The notes beneath the pieces are model-generated. The model was given only the letters and a program-made list of their open reading frames with translations, searched no databases and was not told the origin of the DNA. A stretch of DNA of 64,000 bases from Escherichia coli (GTDB taxonomy: Bacteria; Pseudomonadota; Gammaproteobacteria; Enterobacterales; Enterobacteriaceae), in the NCBI RefSeq assembly GCF_013122565.1, contig NZ_CP053258.1. One strand, 5' to 3'. Numbering within the stretch: the stretch's first letter is position 1; the number at the start of each line of letters is the position of its first letter. Made by a program: the position numbers and the translations under genes. Of this stretch, positions 62,588-64,000 are shown in pieces.

Positions 62588-64000
62588 AGACTGTCTCATA
62601 ATCTTTGTCGAACAGGTTGGCTATTTTACCACGAACTGTCAGGTGAGAGGTGACCGGATACGCAACCGCAAGATCCCACAAGCTCACACCGCCCATTTTA
62701 ACGGTTTGATAAGGATAAGATGAGTAATCCTTATCATAGCGAGTGCCTAAATACTGATAAGTAATACCCCAGTCGAAGTCATACAACTGCCAGTCGAGCT
62801 GGTATTTCACCTGCTGTTTAGCACGGCGTAACAACGGCGTGTCGGTAATTGCATTGCGCGCATCGACATAATCATAACTCACAGTATGCGTCAGTGGTCC
62901 GGTATCAAAATTGGCGGTCGCCTCGACGCCCTTAATCCGCGCTTTCCCTTCGTTGTAATATTTCAGGGTGTGATCATCATAATCGATCAAGTCACTGACA
63001 TCGTTACGATATCCGGAAATACGCCAGTTCACCCCAGCGGTTAAGCCTTCAAACGCGCCTTCCCACTGTTTGCTTTTCTCCGGGTCCAGATTCGGATTTC
63101 CGTAGAAGCCATACAGTTGCCCCAGATTTGGTGCCTTATAAGATGTCCCGTAGGAAGCAATGAAGCGATAACCTTCGATGAATTCCCAACCGGCGCTGGT
63201 TTGCCAGGTTCCATGACGACCAAACTGTGAGTTATCGTCGCTGCGTGCTGCGCCTTCAAAGGTAAAATCGCCGACTTGTTGCAGCCCGGTCAGATAGATG
63301 CCGGTATTACGTTGATCATATCCATCCTCAACATAACCTGTACCCGGCGTCGTAGTCTGTTTCTGCCAGTCGACACCCGCACCAATACTACCGTGACCAA
63401 CGATGACATTGTTTGCCCACTGGACGGTGTATTGCTTCATCTCATCGAGCGTCGCCGACGAATCATAACGACCATAATGGGGATCGTAGTTGTAATCTTT
63501 GCTATGGCTATAGCTGGTAATGAATTGTGATTTAATCAGTTCGCCGTTATAGCGCAGCCCGGCGTCCCAACTTTGGCTATAGAGTTTACGGGTATCGAGC
63601 AACGGTGAACCGGGAGAATAATACGCGTCATAATTGGTACGGTTATCATAGCCATAGCCGCGCACAAAGCCGCTCCAGGCATCAGTAAAGTTATGCTCCA
63701 GCGCGCCATAAAGCGTTTTACTTAAAAAACCATCGTTATCTGTCTGCGCTTGCGTTCCGGTATTACCATAGGCAACAACATCATAACCATGAGTATGGGC
63801 ATAATCGCCCAACAACGTTACTCGTGTCTTATCCCCCAGTTGTTGCTGTGTAGAGACATCATAGTTCTGGTAACTATTGCTTCCCCACCCTGCTGAAATT
63901 TCCGTTCCGGGTTCATCGCGCGTCGTGATGATATTCACCACCCCGCCTATTGCATCGGAACCATAAACGGCGGAGCGCGGCCCACGGATATATTCAACAC
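62532..64000 (-). CDS. btuB: Vitamin B12 / cobalamin TonB-dependent outer-membrane transporter, 3' portion (5' end outside window)
   Basis: Minus-strand frame open from the window edge to the stop at 62532; beta-barrel-like Tyr/Gly/Asp-rich translation ending ..TLSGSYTF; overlaps murI as in K-12. Confidence 0.9.
   Translation of the reverse strand, partial: VEYIRGPRSAVYGSDAIGGVVNIITTRDEPGTEISAGWGSNSYQNYDVSTQQQLGDKTRVTLLGDYAHTHGYDVVAYGNTGTQAQTDNDGFLSKTLYGALEHNFTDAWSGFVRGYGYDNRTNYDAYYSPGSPLLDTRKLYSQSWDAGLRYNGELIKSQFITSYSHSKDYNYDPHYGRYDSSATLDEMKQYTVQWANNVIVGHGSIGAGVDWQKQTTTPGTGYVEDGYDQRNTGIYLTGLQQVGDFTFEGAARSDDNSQFGRHGTWQTSAGWEFIEGYRFIASYGTSYKAPNLGQLYGFYGNPNLDPEKSKQWEGAFEGLTAGVNWRISGYRNDVSDLIDYDDHTLKYYNEGKARIKGVEATANFDTGPLTHTVSYDYVDARNAITDTPLLRRAKQQVKYQLDWQLYDFDWGITYQYLGTRYDKDYSSYPYQTVKMGGVSLWDLAVAYPVTSHLTVRGKIANLFDKDYETVYGYQTAGREYTLSGSYTF

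Overview
This window reads as a conserved Escherichia coli-type chromosomal segment, reverse-complemented relative to the K-12 map, and I could not find evidence of a novel biological system in it. Gene order is: (partial accessory dehydrogenase)-pepE-yjbB-metH-iclR-aceKAB-metA-yjaB-rrnE-purHD-zraRS/zraP-yjaH-hupA-yjaG-nfi-hemE-nudC-rsd-thiCEFSGH-htrC-rpoCB-rplLJAK-nusG-secE-tufB-(thrT glyT tyrU thrU)-coaA-birA-murB-rrnB-murI-btuB(partial). Gene identities come from reading the ORF-track translations against remembered protein sequences; no database search was run. Several ORF-track starts were moved to internal start codons to match canonical N-termini. Two complete rRNA operons (5S-23S-tRNA-Glu-16S) lie in direct orientation on the minus strand. 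No CRISPR array, IS element, prophage gene or toxin-antitoxin pair was seen. What deserves a second look is modest: (1) a candidate small transcript with its own promoter and intrinsic terminator between thiH and htrC; (2) differences from the K-12 arrangement as I remember it: no arpA between iclR and aceK with an altered AceK C-terminus, no yjaA between yjaB and rrnE, a truncated dehydrogenase gene plus REP pair upstream of pepE suggesting an accessory island just outside the window, a shorter rrnB terminator region, and a BirA two residues shorter; (3) unexplained nested palindromes in the nfi-hemE spacer and the purH leader. The long ORFs antisense to rpoB, rpoC, purH and tufB are rejected as artefacts.
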